A DNA stretch of 64,000 bases. Source: Oscillatoria sp. FACHB-1406 (lineage in GTDB: Bacteria > Cyanobacteriota > Cyanobacteriia > Cyanobacteriales > Spirulinaceae). The stretch spans positions 344,633 through 408,632 of the forward strand of contig NZ_JACJSM010000001.1 of NCBI RefSeq assembly GCF_014698145.1. Reading direction: 5' to 3'. Positions 19,903-29,439 of this stretch are shown here, piece after piece. Below the pieces are notes generated by a model, which was not told the origin of the DNA, searched no databases, and saw only the letters and a program-made list of their open reading frames with translations. The translations under genes and the position numbers were made by a program. Position 1 is the stretch's first letter. Every line of letters starts with the position of its first letter.

Positions 19903-20024
19903 CCCGCACCTCCGCTACGCGATCGCATTCCCCTTATCCCGAACTGACGTTAGAATGGATTGGAAGGCGAATTTTAGAGATTGAAGCCCTATCGATCGCT
20001 ACTCGGACTCCTAACGCTAATCGT

Positions 20025-22040
20025 TCAAATCGCCCCAGAACTCGATGAATCGTCCGCTAGCAAGGCTCTCAGGGCGGCAACTTCGGAACGCTTGCCGACG
20101 ACTAAAAGGCGATCGCCCGATCTCAACGCCGTTTGTGCTTTAGGATAATAACTCGTCTCGCCGCCGCTTTGAATCGCCATGACCGTCACGCCGGTTAAGT
20201 TGCGCACGTTAGCAGAGGCTAGGGTTGCACCATCGAGGGGAGAAGGAGTAGGAACGTCAATCCATTCGTTGTGCAGGCTAGTTGCCGCCTCGCTGATATC
20301 GTTTTGGAAGGCGATCGCGGCGCGTTCCGGGCGAATATTGAGGTAGCGATTGGTGCGTAGCGTCGAAATGGTGTCGTCGATCGCGGGTTTGCTTTCGCCG
20401 AGGGTAGAAAGGAGGTGGGAACCAATCTCTAAAGCTGCCTCAAACTCCGGTTGGACGACCTCTGTGGCTCCCATTTGGGTCAAAAGGTCAATTTCGCTAT
20501 TTTCGTGCGATCTCGCCACAATGTCCAAATTTGGGGCGATTTCGAGGGCGTGTTTGAGCAGCAGGCGGGTACTGCCGGGATCGGGAAGCGCAATGGCGAG
20601 GGCTTTTGCTTTTTCTAAATGCGCTTTTTCCAAAACCAGCTTCGAGTCGCTATCGCCGAAAATATAGGGCATTCCTTCGGATCGTAACTTTTGGATTGCG
20701 GCTTCGCTATTGTCGATGACGATGAGAGGATAACCGCGATCGCGTAAAATATTGGTCACGACGCGCCCGACGCGCCCGTATCCCGCTACAACGATATGAT
20801 TGCAAAGCGTTTCGGGGACAAATAGGGGCTTATCGCGCTGCCACTGGCGCAAGTATCGTTCGAGTGGGGGAAAATTAGCGAGTTTATCCGCAAGGCGGGG
20901 CGAAAATTTCATCGCGATCGGAGTAATCACTAAAGTAATCGCTGTCGTTCCCACCAACAATAAATACTTTTCCCGTTCGATTAACCCCATTTCAAAGCCT
21001 TTTAAGGCTAAAACAAAGGAAAACTCTCCAATTTGATTGAGTCCTAAACTCACTAATATTGCTGTTTTAAAGGAATATCCAAACCTCAGAATAATCGGCA
21101 GCACAATCAGCGCTTTTCCGACCATAATCAAGACAACTAATTCCAGGATAATAACGGCGTTATTCCATAAAACCCCTGGATCGATCAGCATCCCGATTGA
21201 AACAAAGAATAAACTCGCGAAAGTATCTCTAAGCGGTAGAACTTTAGCCAGGGCTTGGTCGGAATAATCGATTTCTGAGAGCATCAAACCTGCCACAAAC
21301 GCTCCCATTTCAATCGATAACCCCAAACTTGCCGTCAGTAAAGCAACGCCCAAACACAAAGCAATCGTCACTAACAAAAATAATTCGCTATTCTCCGTTT
21401 GGGCAATCCGTTTAATAATCGGCGGTACGAGCCAATATCCCGCTGCTAAAGCTAGAGTAAAAAAGAGCAAAACTTTCAACAGGGCGACCCCTAAAGCCGT
21501 TCCAAAATCTTCCGGATTTTTGAGCGCGGGCAACAAGGCTAACATTAACCCCAATGCTAAATCTTGAACGATTAAAATTGCCAGCATTGCTTGACCGTGA
21601 ACCGTATTCGTTTCGCCGCGCTCGGTAAGCGTTTTTAAAACAACAGCGGTTGAGGAAAGCGATAAAACTGCTCCTAAAAATAAGCCTTCGAGGGGAGATC
21701 TGACAACACTTAAAACGAAGGATCCCAAAGCAACCAATAAAATGGTCGAACCCATCTGTAAGACGCTGCCTTGGATGGCAATATCCTTAACGCGCTTCAA
21801 TTCTGTGAGAGAAAATTCAACGCCGAGGGCGAAAAGAAGAAAAGCAACGCCGATTTCTGCGAAGGGTTGAATGCGTTCGGGCGTATCTAAAAGTCCGAAA
21901 CCCGAAGGGCCGACTAAAATTCCTATTGCCAAGTAACCTAAAAGCACGGGTTGCTTGAGGCGATTCGCCACGAATCCTCCGATCGCGGAGGCACTTAAAA
22001 CCGAAGTCAAATCGAGAAGGAAGGGACTGACGGCTGCCAT
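20025..22040 (-). CDS. Monovalent cation:proton antiporter-2 (Kef-type K+/H+ antiporter) with C-terminal RCK/TrkA-N and TrkA-C domains
   Basis: 671 aa with 12-13 transmembrane helices. Rossmann motif VVAGYGRVGR is present, followed by a TrkA-C-like tail. Confidence 0.8.
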   Translation of the reverse strand: MAAVSPFLLDLTSVLSASAIGGFVANRLKQPVLLGYLAIGILVGPSGFGLLDTPERIQPFAEIGVAFLLFALGVEFSLTELKRVKDIAIQGSVLQMGSTILLVALGSFVLSVVRSPLEGLFLGAVLSLSSTAVVLKTLTERGETNTVHGQAMLAILIVQDLALGLMLALLPALKNPEDFGTALGVALLKVLLFFTLALAAGYWLVPPIIKRIAQTENSELFLLVTIALCLGVALLTASLGLSIEMGAFVAGLMLSEIDYSDQALAKVLPLRDTFASLFFVSIGMLIDPGVLWNNAVIILELVVLIMVGKALIVLPIILRFGYSFKTAILVSLGLNQIGEFSFVLALKGFEMGLIEREKYLLLVGTTAITLVITPIAMKFSPRLADKLANFPPLERYLRQWQRDKPLFVPETLCNHIVVAGYGRVGRVVTNILRDRGYPLIVIDNSEAAIQKLRSEGMPYIFGDSDSKLVLEKAHLEKAKALAIALPDPGSTRLLLKHALEIAPNLDIVARSHENSEIDLLTQMGATEVVQPEFEAALEIGSHLLSTLGESKPAIDDTISTLRTNRYLNIRPERAAIAFQNDISEAATSLHNEWIDVPTPSPLDGATLASANVRNLTGVTVMAIQSGGETSYYPKAQTALRSGDRLLVVGKRSEVAALRALLADDSSSSGAI

Positions 22041-22125
22041 TGAATTTTAGGAAAGTGAAACCAGATAGTTTCAATATTAAACGAAGATTAATTTTGTCTG
22101 TAATTACGAATTACAAATTATTGGG

Positions 22126-23340
22126 TCAACGGGCAGGGGGAACAATACGAGTCCGAACTAATATTTCATCGATTTGTTCCATTACTTCAAAATCGGCTCG
22201 CGGTAACGAATTTTTCCCTTCCAAAAAGGTAAAGGCTTCGCGGAATTGCTGCCAGTCGGCAGTTATAGGCGCGCTGAAGTGGCAGGGAACGATGCGCTTG
22301 AAGTCCCAACGTCCAATGCGCTTAGCCCAGTTTAATGTCTCTTTGGAGTTGCGATTGAGAATGAGGGTTTGTAGGATGGGGGCGACGAGTAAGTTGCTTT
22401 TTCGGAGTGCGGCAAACGATTGTTGCCAATTTTCCTTCCATTTAAACGGATAAATCCCAAAATAAGCTTTTTTCGATCGCTCCGGGGCATTAGAAGCCAG
22501 AAGAAAGGCTTTGAGTAAGGGAATAGTATCGAGAACGCTGGCGCGAAAATAAAGGGCAAACAGACAGATTCGCTGCCATCCTTTGCGGCGGAGTTGGGGA
22601 CTATCTTCGATGCGATCGCGCGCTTCGTCCCGAGCGTGAAACAATAGAGGATAGGGATCGAGTTGTACGACTTCGGGCGGTTCTTCGGGGATAGAAACAA
22701 TGGTATCGGTCACGAGCAACGAACGCGATCGCTTGTGGAAAAAAGCCACCTCAGAAAACGGACGCAGCCCTAAATCGATTGGCCCCAATATCTCATAATC
22801 GAACTCATCGGCGAACGGCGTTTTACTGCTATCTGGCGGCAAAACCTCCGTCCTCTCCGGCGGAAAACCCAACCAACTCAACGGCAAATCAATCGGGAAA
22901 CTCCATTGCTGGGGCGCGACATACACTTGCGCGTTGGGGAAACAGCGTGCAAAAGGCCCTACAAATACCTTATGCTCCAAACCGGAAATCGTCGGTAAAA
23001 TAATATACTTCACCTCGCCGTGCTGCGCTTCCAACTCCCGCAATAGGCGCTTGCATTCTGGCGTTGGGGCGACGGGAGAATACACCAACAATCCGCCTGC
23101 TTCCAACTTCACCACCGTCATTCGCACCGGAACGACAACATAAAAAATGCCTTGGACTTGCTCGAACGTCCAGAGTGTATCGGGTATGATTTCTTGGCGC
23201 AGTGTCTGTCGCCGTGCGTAGGGATAGATGGGAACCAACGGCCAAAATCCCCAAAACCAATCTCCCGGACGACTAGAGGAGTTTAGAGTCGTTATTGTAT
23301 CGCGCCCGCGTTCTTCTGTCCCCATAACCCAAATCGGCAT
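22126..23340 (-). CDS. DUF4336 domain protein (conserved cyanobacterial/plastid-lineage hypothetical)
   Basis: 404-aa ORF. Family assigned from recollection of the conserved WTFEQVQGIFYVVVPVRMTVVKL region. Confidence 0.45.
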   Translation of the reverse strand: MPIWVMGTEERGRDTITTLNSSSRPGDWFWGFWPLVPIYPYARRQTLRQEIIPDTLWTFEQVQGIFYVVVPVRMTVVKLEAGGLLVYSPVAPTPECKRLLRELEAQHGEVKYIILPTISGLEHKVFVGPFARCFPNAQVYVAPQQWSFPIDLPLSWLGFPPERTEVLPPDSSKTPFADEFDYEILGPIDLGLRPFSEVAFFHKRSRSLLVTDTIVSIPEEPPEVVQLDPYPLLFHARDEARDRIEDSPQLRRKGWQRICLFALYFRASVLDTIPLLKAFLLASNAPERSKKAYFGIYPFKWKENWQQSFAALRKSNLLVAPILQTLILNRNSKETLNWAKRIGRWDFKRIVPCHFSAPITADWQQFREAFTFLEGKNSLPRADFEVMEQIDEILVRTRIVPPAR

Positions 23341-23532
23341 TTTCTCTCAGTTTCTCATAAATAAACGCTAAATCAATAATTGACAATAGGATGGTGACTT
23401 TTAAGAGTGCTTACTTTAAATTTTGTATCTATTTTGCAATAAAGTTGATGGGCGGTAAGATTTATATTATTCATTCGGCGAACTTTTCGTTAGAATAAAG
23501 ACAGATTTTTACACTACAAAGGAAAAATTCTG

Positions 23533-23700
23533 ATGGCTACTGCAACTAAAACGAAATGTGCTTGCCCTAAGTGCCAGTGCGAAGTTTCAGAAGACAAAGC
23601 TGTTGTTAAAGATGGTCAATTCTATTGCTCTGAAGCTTGTGCAAACGGTCATCCTAATGGGGAAGCTTGCTGCAATTCGGGCTGTCACTGTCACGAGTAA
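23533..23700 (+). CDS. smtA: SmtA/BmtA-type bacterial metallothionein, 55 aa. Not in the ORF track because it is under 60 aa; the listed 23558..23755 ORF is out of frame.
   Basis: Translation is MATATKTKCACPKCQCEVSEDKAVVKDGQFYCSEACANGHPNGEACCNSGCHCHE. The Cys/His pattern and the YCSEACA core match Synechococcus SmtA. AAAGGA lies 10 nt upstream. Confidence 0.65.
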   Translation: MATATKTKCACPKCQCEVSEDKAVVKDGQFYCSEACANGHPNGEACCNSGCHCHE

Positions 23701-23887
23701 AGCGCGAAAGTTTTATCAAGCTAATACCAATTTAAGATTGCGTTGCCTAGAATAAACTTTCCTAAATTCTCAGGATAACGGTGCGTTACGCTTCGCTAAC
23801 ACACCCTACTTTTTATTCTAGTGTAAACGGGTTGTACTCTTAGAAAAGTCGCGAGCGTTTGTCAGAAAAAAATGAAGTGTAGCGAAT

Positions 23888-23918
23888 AAGGGCGAAGAAA
23901 GTTCGCCCTTCTTTTATC
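23888..23918 (+). terminator. Hairpin AAGGGCGAA-GAAAG-TTCGCCCTT followed by CTTTTAT
   Basis: Perfect 9-bp stem plus T-rich tail, about 190 nt after the smtA stop. Confidence 0.4.
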
Positions 23919-23981
23919 ATTTATCTTACCGATCGCTCTTGTTTACAAATATTAATTCTTAATGTTAAACAATCGAGCCTC

Positions 23982-24296
23982 ATGCGCAAAATTCATATTG
24001 CTCTGTCTGTTGAAGATATCGAAGTATCTGTTGTAGATTATACGCAACGTTTGAGTTGCGAGCCTTGCGTTGTTGTGCCGAATGAATATGCTTTATGGCG
24101 AACGGATGAGGTCAATTTCTCAATTCGGCGATCGCAATCCGGTCAACAAAAACTTCGTCATTTAGGCTGGGAAGATTCTTCCGCCAAAGAGTTCGCCCAA
24201 TCGCAAGATGTTAATGGCATAGTTTGGGAAAATTTTGCAGCTTCGCAACAGGATGAAGAAATTAATCGTATTTGGCCTAGAGAGTCGGTCAAGTAG
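23982..24296 (+). CDS. Hypothetical protein, 104 aa
   Basis: ORF only, no recognised motif. There is a weak resemblance to the VOC/glyoxalase N-terminus (HIALSVEDIEVSVVDY). Confidence 0.3.
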   Translation: MRKIHIALSVEDIEVSVVDYTQRLSCEPCVVVPNEYALWRTDEVNFSIRRSQSGQQKLRHLGWEDSSAKEFAQSQDVNGIVWENFAASQQDEEINRIWPRESVK

Positions 24297-24331
24297 AATA
24301 TATTCTCATCGGGAAAACACGCTCTATGGTA

Positions 24332-24394
24332 GGGTGGGCATTGCCGTTTCTGGGATTGAACCGAAAATAAGGCATCAAGTCGGCAATGCCCACC
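24332..24394. terminator. 14-bp perfect inverted repeat GGTGGGCATTGCCG...CGGCAATGCCCACC with a ~34-nt spacer between convergent genes (bidirectional terminator candidate)
   Basis: Read directly. It is followed by TGTGTAATTTT on the + strand. Confidence 0.4.
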
Positions 24395-24442
24395 TGTGTA
24401 ATTTTGTCAAGACTGAGTGTTTTTAGATTAATCGAGTAGGAT

Positions 24443-26242
24443 TTACGATTCGCGATCGAATTGTTGGGCATAAAATTGTGCGTAACGACCATTTTTCTCC
24501 AATAATTCTGCATGAGTTCCAGCTTCGACAATTTGACCTTTTTCAAGCACAAATAAGCGATCGCTGCGGCGAACGGTAGCGAGGCGGTGGGCAATGACAA
24601 ATACCGTGCGATCGCGCATAATTCGTTCTAAGGCTTCTTGGACTAAAGCTTCGGATTCCGAGTCTAAAGCAGAAGTGGCTTCGTCTAGAATGAGGATTTG
24701 CGGATTGAGAAAAACAGCGCGCGCGATCGCGATTCGCTGGCGCTGTCCGCCGGATAAGTTCGCGCCGCGTTCGCCGACATAAGTATAATAACCTTGGGAA
24801 AATTGACTGATAAACTGGTGGGCATTCGCCACTTTTGCAGCCGCTTCTACCGCCGCGAGATCGAAGTTTTCTTGTCCGAAAGCAATATTTTCTGCGATTG
24901 TTCCGGAAAATAAAATTGTTTCTTGGGGAACAATCCCAATTTTTCGCCTTAAACTCGGTAGCGTGACATCGCGAATCTTAATCCCATCGATGAGAATTTC
25001 TCCCGCATCGGGATCGTAGAAGCGAGGCAGTAAATTTAAGAGCGTACTTTTGCCCGCACCAGATGCACCGACAAGGGCAATTGTTTCGCCGGGATGGACG
25101 AGGAAGTTAATATTTTGTAAGGTGGGAGTTTTGCCCTGAAAACTGCTTTCAAGAGGGCGAGAATTGGCGGGAGTATCTTCGTCGTCGATTGACGCAAAGT
25201 AAGTAGCAGCGGGATAAGTAAAATTAACGTTGCAATATTCCACTTTTCCCATAACGGGGGGTAATTCTTTTGCACCGACGGTTTCGATAATCGTGGGTTG
25301 AGTGGCGAATAACTCAAAGATACGATCCACAGAAGCCTCGCCTTGCTTGACTTCGTTGTAGTTATTGGTAGTAATCGCGATCGGATCGATGAGCATCGCG
25401 ACACCGACGCAATAACTAACAAAAGAACTGCCGCTTAAGTTGCCTCTAGAAATTTGCCAGCCGCCGAGTAGAAATAAGAGCAAAACGCATAAAGCTTGTA
25501 AAAAACCAATGACAGGAAATTGAACGGCTTTGAGCTTTTCGGTGGCGTATTTAATGCGGCGATGGCTTTCTGCTTCGCGGTTAAAAACAGCGATCGCGCT
25601 TTCTTCGGCAGCGAAGGCTTTAATCGCGCGCATTCCGGCAAAGCGTTCGACAAGTAAGGCGGAAAGATTAGAAATTCGGCTTTGACTGCGGAGGGAAAAC
25701 TTTCGCATTTGTTCGCCAAACCAGCCGATCAAAACCGCCATTAAAGGCGCGATAATAAAGGTAGCAAGGGTGAGTTGCCAGTTGAGATAAATAACGTAGC
25801 CTAAAACAACGATAACTTGCAGAACGCAGGGTATAAATTGATGGAAGATTTTTTGGACGACTTCGCCGACGCGATCGACATCTTCGGTGAGGCGATAGGA
25901 TAAATCCCCGGTTTTGCTCGATTCAAAGTAATCGATATTGAGGCGTTGTAGGTGAGCGTAAAGACGAGTTCTGAGATTATAAGCAATGGCGAGCGCTGCT
26001 TTCGCCATTAAACTATCTTGTCCGTACTGGGCTATTTTTTGAATGAGGAAGATTGTAGCAGCAACGGCAGCTAAACGCGCGATTTCGCTAACATTCCCCT
26101 CTCCCACCGACTGCGCTACCCACTTCGACAACCACGCCAGCACGGGCCAACAAGCTGTAAATACAAGAGTACAGCACAGTGCGAGCGCGATCGTTCCGCT
26201 TTGAGGGCGAATGTAAGGGGCGAGTTTCCAGTAATTGGACAT
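24443..26242 (-). CDS. ABC transporter, fused permease/ATP-binding protein (MsbA-like exporter)
   Basis: 599 aa: six N-terminal transmembrane helices, Walker A GASGAGKST, the signature LSGGQRQRIAIARA, and Walker B ILILDEATSALD. Confidence 0.85.
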   Translation of the reverse strand: MSNYWKLAPYIRPQSGTIALALCCTLVFTACWPVLAWLSKWVAQSVGEGNVSEIARLAAVAATIFLIQKIAQYGQDSLMAKAALAIAYNLRTRLYAHLQRLNIDYFESSKTGDLSYRLTEDVDRVGEVVQKIFHQFIPCVLQVIVVLGYVIYLNWQLTLATFIIAPLMAVLIGWFGEQMRKFSLRSQSRISNLSALLVERFAGMRAIKAFAAEESAIAVFNREAESHRRIKYATEKLKAVQFPVIGFLQALCVLLLFLLGGWQISRGNLSGSSFVSYCVGVAMLIDPIAITTNNYNEVKQGEASVDRIFELFATQPTIIETVGAKELPPVMGKVEYCNVNFTYPAATYFASIDDEDTPANSRPLESSFQGKTPTLQNINFLVHPGETIALVGASGAGKSTLLNLLPRFYDPDAGEILIDGIKIRDVTLPSLRRKIGIVPQETILFSGTIAENIAFGQENFDLAAVEAAAKVANAHQFISQFSQGYYTYVGERGANLSGGQRQRIAIARAVFLNPQILILDEATSALDSESEALVQEALERIMRDRTVFVIAHRLATVRRSDRLFVLEKGQIVEAGTHAELLEKNGRYAQFYAQQFDRES

Positions 26243-26579
26243 AGGGAATGAGGCTTAGGAATGTTTGGTAACATTATAAGCAGGCGATCGCCCTACCGTT
26301 CGGATAAGACCTCAGTATCCTTACGACAAAGGTTACAGAGTGCATCCGATCTCTCGGACTTGCAAACAACTTCGCAATTTGCTAAGATTTGTAGAATAGA
26401 TCGGTACACGAGGGCATGAGTTCGCCTACTTATAAGGAAGCGACTTAAACACTATCCAGTCGTGCGAACTCAACGATAGGTCTATTCCTGTCAGCGTCTA
26501 CTAGAACAATTTATTAAACGATTCATCGAAAAGTTATGCTTAAACAACTTTTTTTTATTGCTAATACAATACCATTTTT

Positions 26580-26988
26580 ATGCGTATCATTTCAGAATCA
26601 AAACTCAAGCGTTTTTGGGAGACAAAAATTGATTCTCAAGAGCCTTTAAGAACATGGTGTAAATTAACGAAGACAAGCAATTGGAAAAATTTTGTCGAAG
26701 TCAAACAAACGTTTTCTTCGGCAGATATTGTAGGAAAATTAACAATATTTGATATAGGGGGCAACAAATACCGCTTAATTACATTTATAGACTATGAACG
26801 CCAAAAGATATTTATACGCTATATATAGCGTTTTTCATATGCGTGAGGTACAGATTCCAAAATCAAATTGGTAGGGGCGCAAGCCTTGCGCCCGTTGGGT
26901 GTACCTCACTCGCGTGAAAACTGCTATATTAACTCACTATGAGTACGATCGAAATAAATGGAAAAAAGACCCGTGGAACAAAACATGA
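26580..26988 (+). pseudogene. higB: higB-family type II toxin (RelE/ParE superfamily) interrupted by a ~96-bp insertion. The N-terminal 81 codons lie at 26580-26825 and the C-terminal remainder (…LTHYEYDRNKW…) at 26929-26988 in another frame.
   Basis: The N-terminal part reads MRIISESKLKRFWE…FSSADIVGKLTIFDIGGNKYRLITFIDYERQKIFIRYI*. After the insert, …THYEYD… continues the HigB C-terminus. Removing 26826-26928 restores FIRYILTHYEYD in one frame. Confidence 0.55.
26826..26928. mobile_element. MITE-like ~96-bp insertion with terminal inverted repeats (GCGTGAGGTACA / TGTACCTCACTCGCG), an inner GC hairpin (GGGCGCAAGCCTTGCGCCC), and a flanking 7-bp direct repeat GCTATAT
   Basis: Read directly: inverted termini, nested hairpin, and duplication of GCTATAT at both junctions. 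It splits higB out of frame. Confidence 0.5.
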
Positions 26989-27088
26989 ACTATAGTTTGA
27001 CTAATAAAAATCAAAAAAAGCAACCCTTGGAGATTATCGAGCTTTTGATAATCTCCATAATTAGATTAACAAGCTCAGTGATTTCCCA

Positions 27089-27490
27089 ATGATTCACTCA
27101 TGTAATTACGTTGAATTAATCAATATCTTTCCTCCGCGCCCTATAACCTCAGAGGCTCAACTCTTAGCGACTCAGGAAATAATTGATTCTCTACTGGACA
27201 AAGAGGAGTTGAATTCTGATGAGCTTGAATACCTTGATGTATTAGGAACATTAGTTTATGAATATGAAAAAACACAAGAGTTGATTCCCGATATTTATGG
27301 TGTAGAGCTATTAAAAGCCTTGATAATGGAATTGGGTTTACGACAAAAAGACCTTGTTCCTGTTTTTAAGACTGAATCTATTGTGTCCGCTGTGCTGAGC
27401 GGTCAGAGGCAGCTTACAGCAAAGCATATCCAACAACTTAGTGAGTTTTTTCATATCTCACCTGCTGCCTTCTTCCCCATGTGTCACTAA
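27089..27490 (+). CDS. higA: HigA-family antitoxin (HTH, COG5499-like)
   Basis: 133 aa. LINIFPPRPITSEAQLLATQEIIDSLL…LGTLVYEYEKTQ…SAVLSGQRQLTAKHIQQLSEFFHISPAAF matches the HigA partner pattern. It lies downstream of higB. Confidence 0.6.
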   Translation: MIHSCNYVELINIFPPRPITSEAQLLATQEIIDSLLDKEELNSDELEYLDVLGTLVYEYEKTQELIPDIYGVELLKALIMELGLRQKDLVPVFKTESIVSAVLSGQRQLTAKHIQQLSEFFHISPAAFFPMCH

Positions 27491-27500
27491 AGTGCGTTCT

Positions 27501-27565
27501 AAAAACCCGGTTTCTCCAAAAAACTCGATGCCTTAACCAGTTTGCTCAAAGAAACCGGGTTTTTG
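27501..27565. terminator. 15-bp perfect inverted repeat AAAAACCCGGTTTCT…AGAAACCGGGTTTTT between convergent higA and Ser/Thr kinase genes
   Basis: Read directly. The stem is flanked by A and T runs, consistent with a bidirectional terminator. Confidence 0.45.
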
Positions 27566-27697
27566 CTATTAATACCATTTCTCACGGGGTCTGCACTAAA
27601 TCAATAAAGCAGGGCAAAGGGGGATGAGGTTGATTGAGTACAAAACTTATGGGAATTGGGATTAAGGAAGCATCTGGTTATTTCTTCAACTCGATCG

Positions 27698-29386
27698 CTA
27701 ACTCTCAATTATCCAACGTATTAGCGGTAAGAAAACATAAAAACTGAGTCCCAATCCGATCGCAATTCCCATCCCTAATAACGCACAAAAACCAACGCTC
27801 AGATCGAGGCGAGAAAGCGAAAGAAGTTCTTCAATAATAGAACTCGACCAATGGTCTTGCCAGAGGGAAAGCGCGAAAAATCCGGTCGTTCCGATCGCGG
27901 CAGCAAAAGCATGGAACAGCAGATGGCTGGGAAATCCCAAACCGAGGGGCAGTATAGCACTAGCGGCGGCAATAGCGACTAAAAAGCGCGCGATCGCGTT
28001 ATAAGGCATTCCTGTCCAAAGCAACCACGCCATCCCGTACCCCAAAAACCCCAGCGAAGCCGCCGAAAAACGCCGCCGAGTTTGCCCGTAGCCCCCCGCT
28101 TGACTCAATCCCCAACCCGTCCCCAACCCGACGCAGGCAAATAAAAGCAGTTCTGGATGCGCTTCGATGCGAACCCCTGCCAGCAGTTGCGGCAAATTTT
28201 CCGTCACCAAGTCGGCAAACTTCCACCCCAAGGGAGTCCAATTCGCGAGGACAAAGCCCAGCAACGTGCCGCAAACCGCCCCAATCGCACCGCCCCACAT
28301 CGAACGAGTAATAGCAAACAGTGCCGCCCCCGTAACTTTAACCAGACGACTGAGACGCGCTAAATTTTGCTGCGCGCTGGCGTTACTCTGTACCCAGTGC
28401 TGTTGGCTGCGGCGGAATACCTGCCCCATCGTTTGCCGAAAGCGCGTCCCCCGATGAAAATGCGTTCCCGGAATTTTTCTCAAACGCTGTTGCAAGGCGC
28501 GCGCGCTTTGCGGGCGTTTTTGCATCTCCCATTGCACCATCTCCTCGAGCAAAGCGATTAAAACCGGACTGGCGTTCGCGGCGTGATGCCACTGCAAAGC
28601 GCCCGTTTGCACGTCCTCCAATTCGAGGGGGTGCTGTCCGGTCAGCAGGTGAATCATCGTGCGCCCTAGGGCATAAATATCGGCAGAAGGTTCGACAAAC
28701 TGCCCTGCAACCTGTTCGGGGGGACTGTAACCGGAGGAAAAGAGGCGCGTCGAACTGTCGGTGGAATCTCTCTGTTTTACGCCGCCGAAGTCAATGAGAA
28801 CTAACTGCCCTTCGGCTAACGTTCCCGTTACGGGATCGGGGGGACGAAACCCGCGCAGCATCAGGTTTGAGGGTTTGATGTCGCGGTGAATGACGTAAGA
28901 GCGGTGCAAAACGTCTAAAATTTCGGCAGCTTGAGAAAGCCAGTCGATAATTAAGCTTTCCGGACAACCGCGCGGGAAACAATCGCTTAGCACTTCTTCG
29001 AGGGTGGGGCCGACGATTTTTTCCATCACCAGACAGTACAGCGGTTCTTGTCTGGGTCGGGGAACGACGAAGAAGCTGTCGGAGTTGACGCTTGGGATAC
29101 CGGGATGCCGAAGATTGCCCAGCATAATCGCTTCGCGTTCAAAGAGTTTGAGGGCTTTATCGGAAGCGTGGGAGAGGACTTTTAGAACCCGTTCTTGGCG
29201 TTCTTGCAAGTCCCAAACGGTGTAGATGGCGGCGAATCCGCCCGCGCCGAGGCGTTCGAGGGGAAGGTAGCGATCGCACAATTGCAAGGATGTGCCGCAG
29301 CGCGAACAGAATTTTTGTCGGGCGGACTGGTCGGTGAGGGGAAAACAGTCGGGGTTAATACAGTGCAATCGGTCGGGGAACGACAT
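27698..29386 (-). CDS. Serine/threonine protein kinase with an N-terminal 4-Cys zinc-ribbon prefix and a C-terminal multi-TM domain
   Basis: CINPDC…CSRCG prefix. Kinase motifs LGAGGFAAIY, HRDIKPSNLM, DFG and SPPE are present. The C-terminal ~200 aa is hydrophobic. Confidence 0.75.
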   Translation of the reverse strand: MSFPDRLHCINPDCFPLTDQSARQKFCSRCGTSLQLCDRYLPLERLGAGGFAAIYTVWDLQERQERVLKVLSHASDKALKLFEREAIMLGNLRHPGIPSVNSDSFFVVPRPRQEPLYCLVMEKIVGPTLEEVLSDCFPRGCPESLIIDWLSQAAEILDVLHRSYVIHRDIKPSNLMLRGFRPPDPVTGTLAEGQLVLIDFGGVKQRDSTDSSTRLFSSGYSPPEQVAGQFVEPSADIYALGRTMIHLLTGQHPLELEDVQTGALQWHHAANASPVLIALLEEMVQWEMQKRPQSARALQQRLRKIPGTHFHRGTRFRQTMGQVFRRSQQHWVQSNASAQQNLARLSRLVKVTGAALFAITRSMWGGAIGAVCGTLLGFVLANWTPLGWKFADLVTENLPQLLAGVRIEAHPELLLFACVGLGTGWGLSQAGGYGQTRRRFSAASLGFLGYGMAWLLWTGMPYNAIARFLVAIAAASAILPLGLGFPSHLLFHAFAAAIGTTGFFALSLWQDHWSSSIIEELLSLSRLDLSVGFCALLGMGIAIGLGLSFYVFLPLIRWIIES

Positions 29387-29417
29387 TAAAAATTAAAAAT
29401 TAAAAATTAAAAATTGG
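29385..29417. repeat. Heptanucleotide tandem repeat (AAAAATT)x4 immediately upstream of the kinase start codon
   Basis: cattaaaaattaaaaattaaaaattaaaaattggaag. Confidence 0.7.
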
Positions 29418-29439
29418 AAGTTCCACTGGGAAAGGTTAA

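Noticed and set aside
23558-23755. 65-aa track ORF at the metallothionein locus
   Set aside because: It is out of frame relative to the Cys-rich SmtA reading frame, which gives a far more convincing protein.
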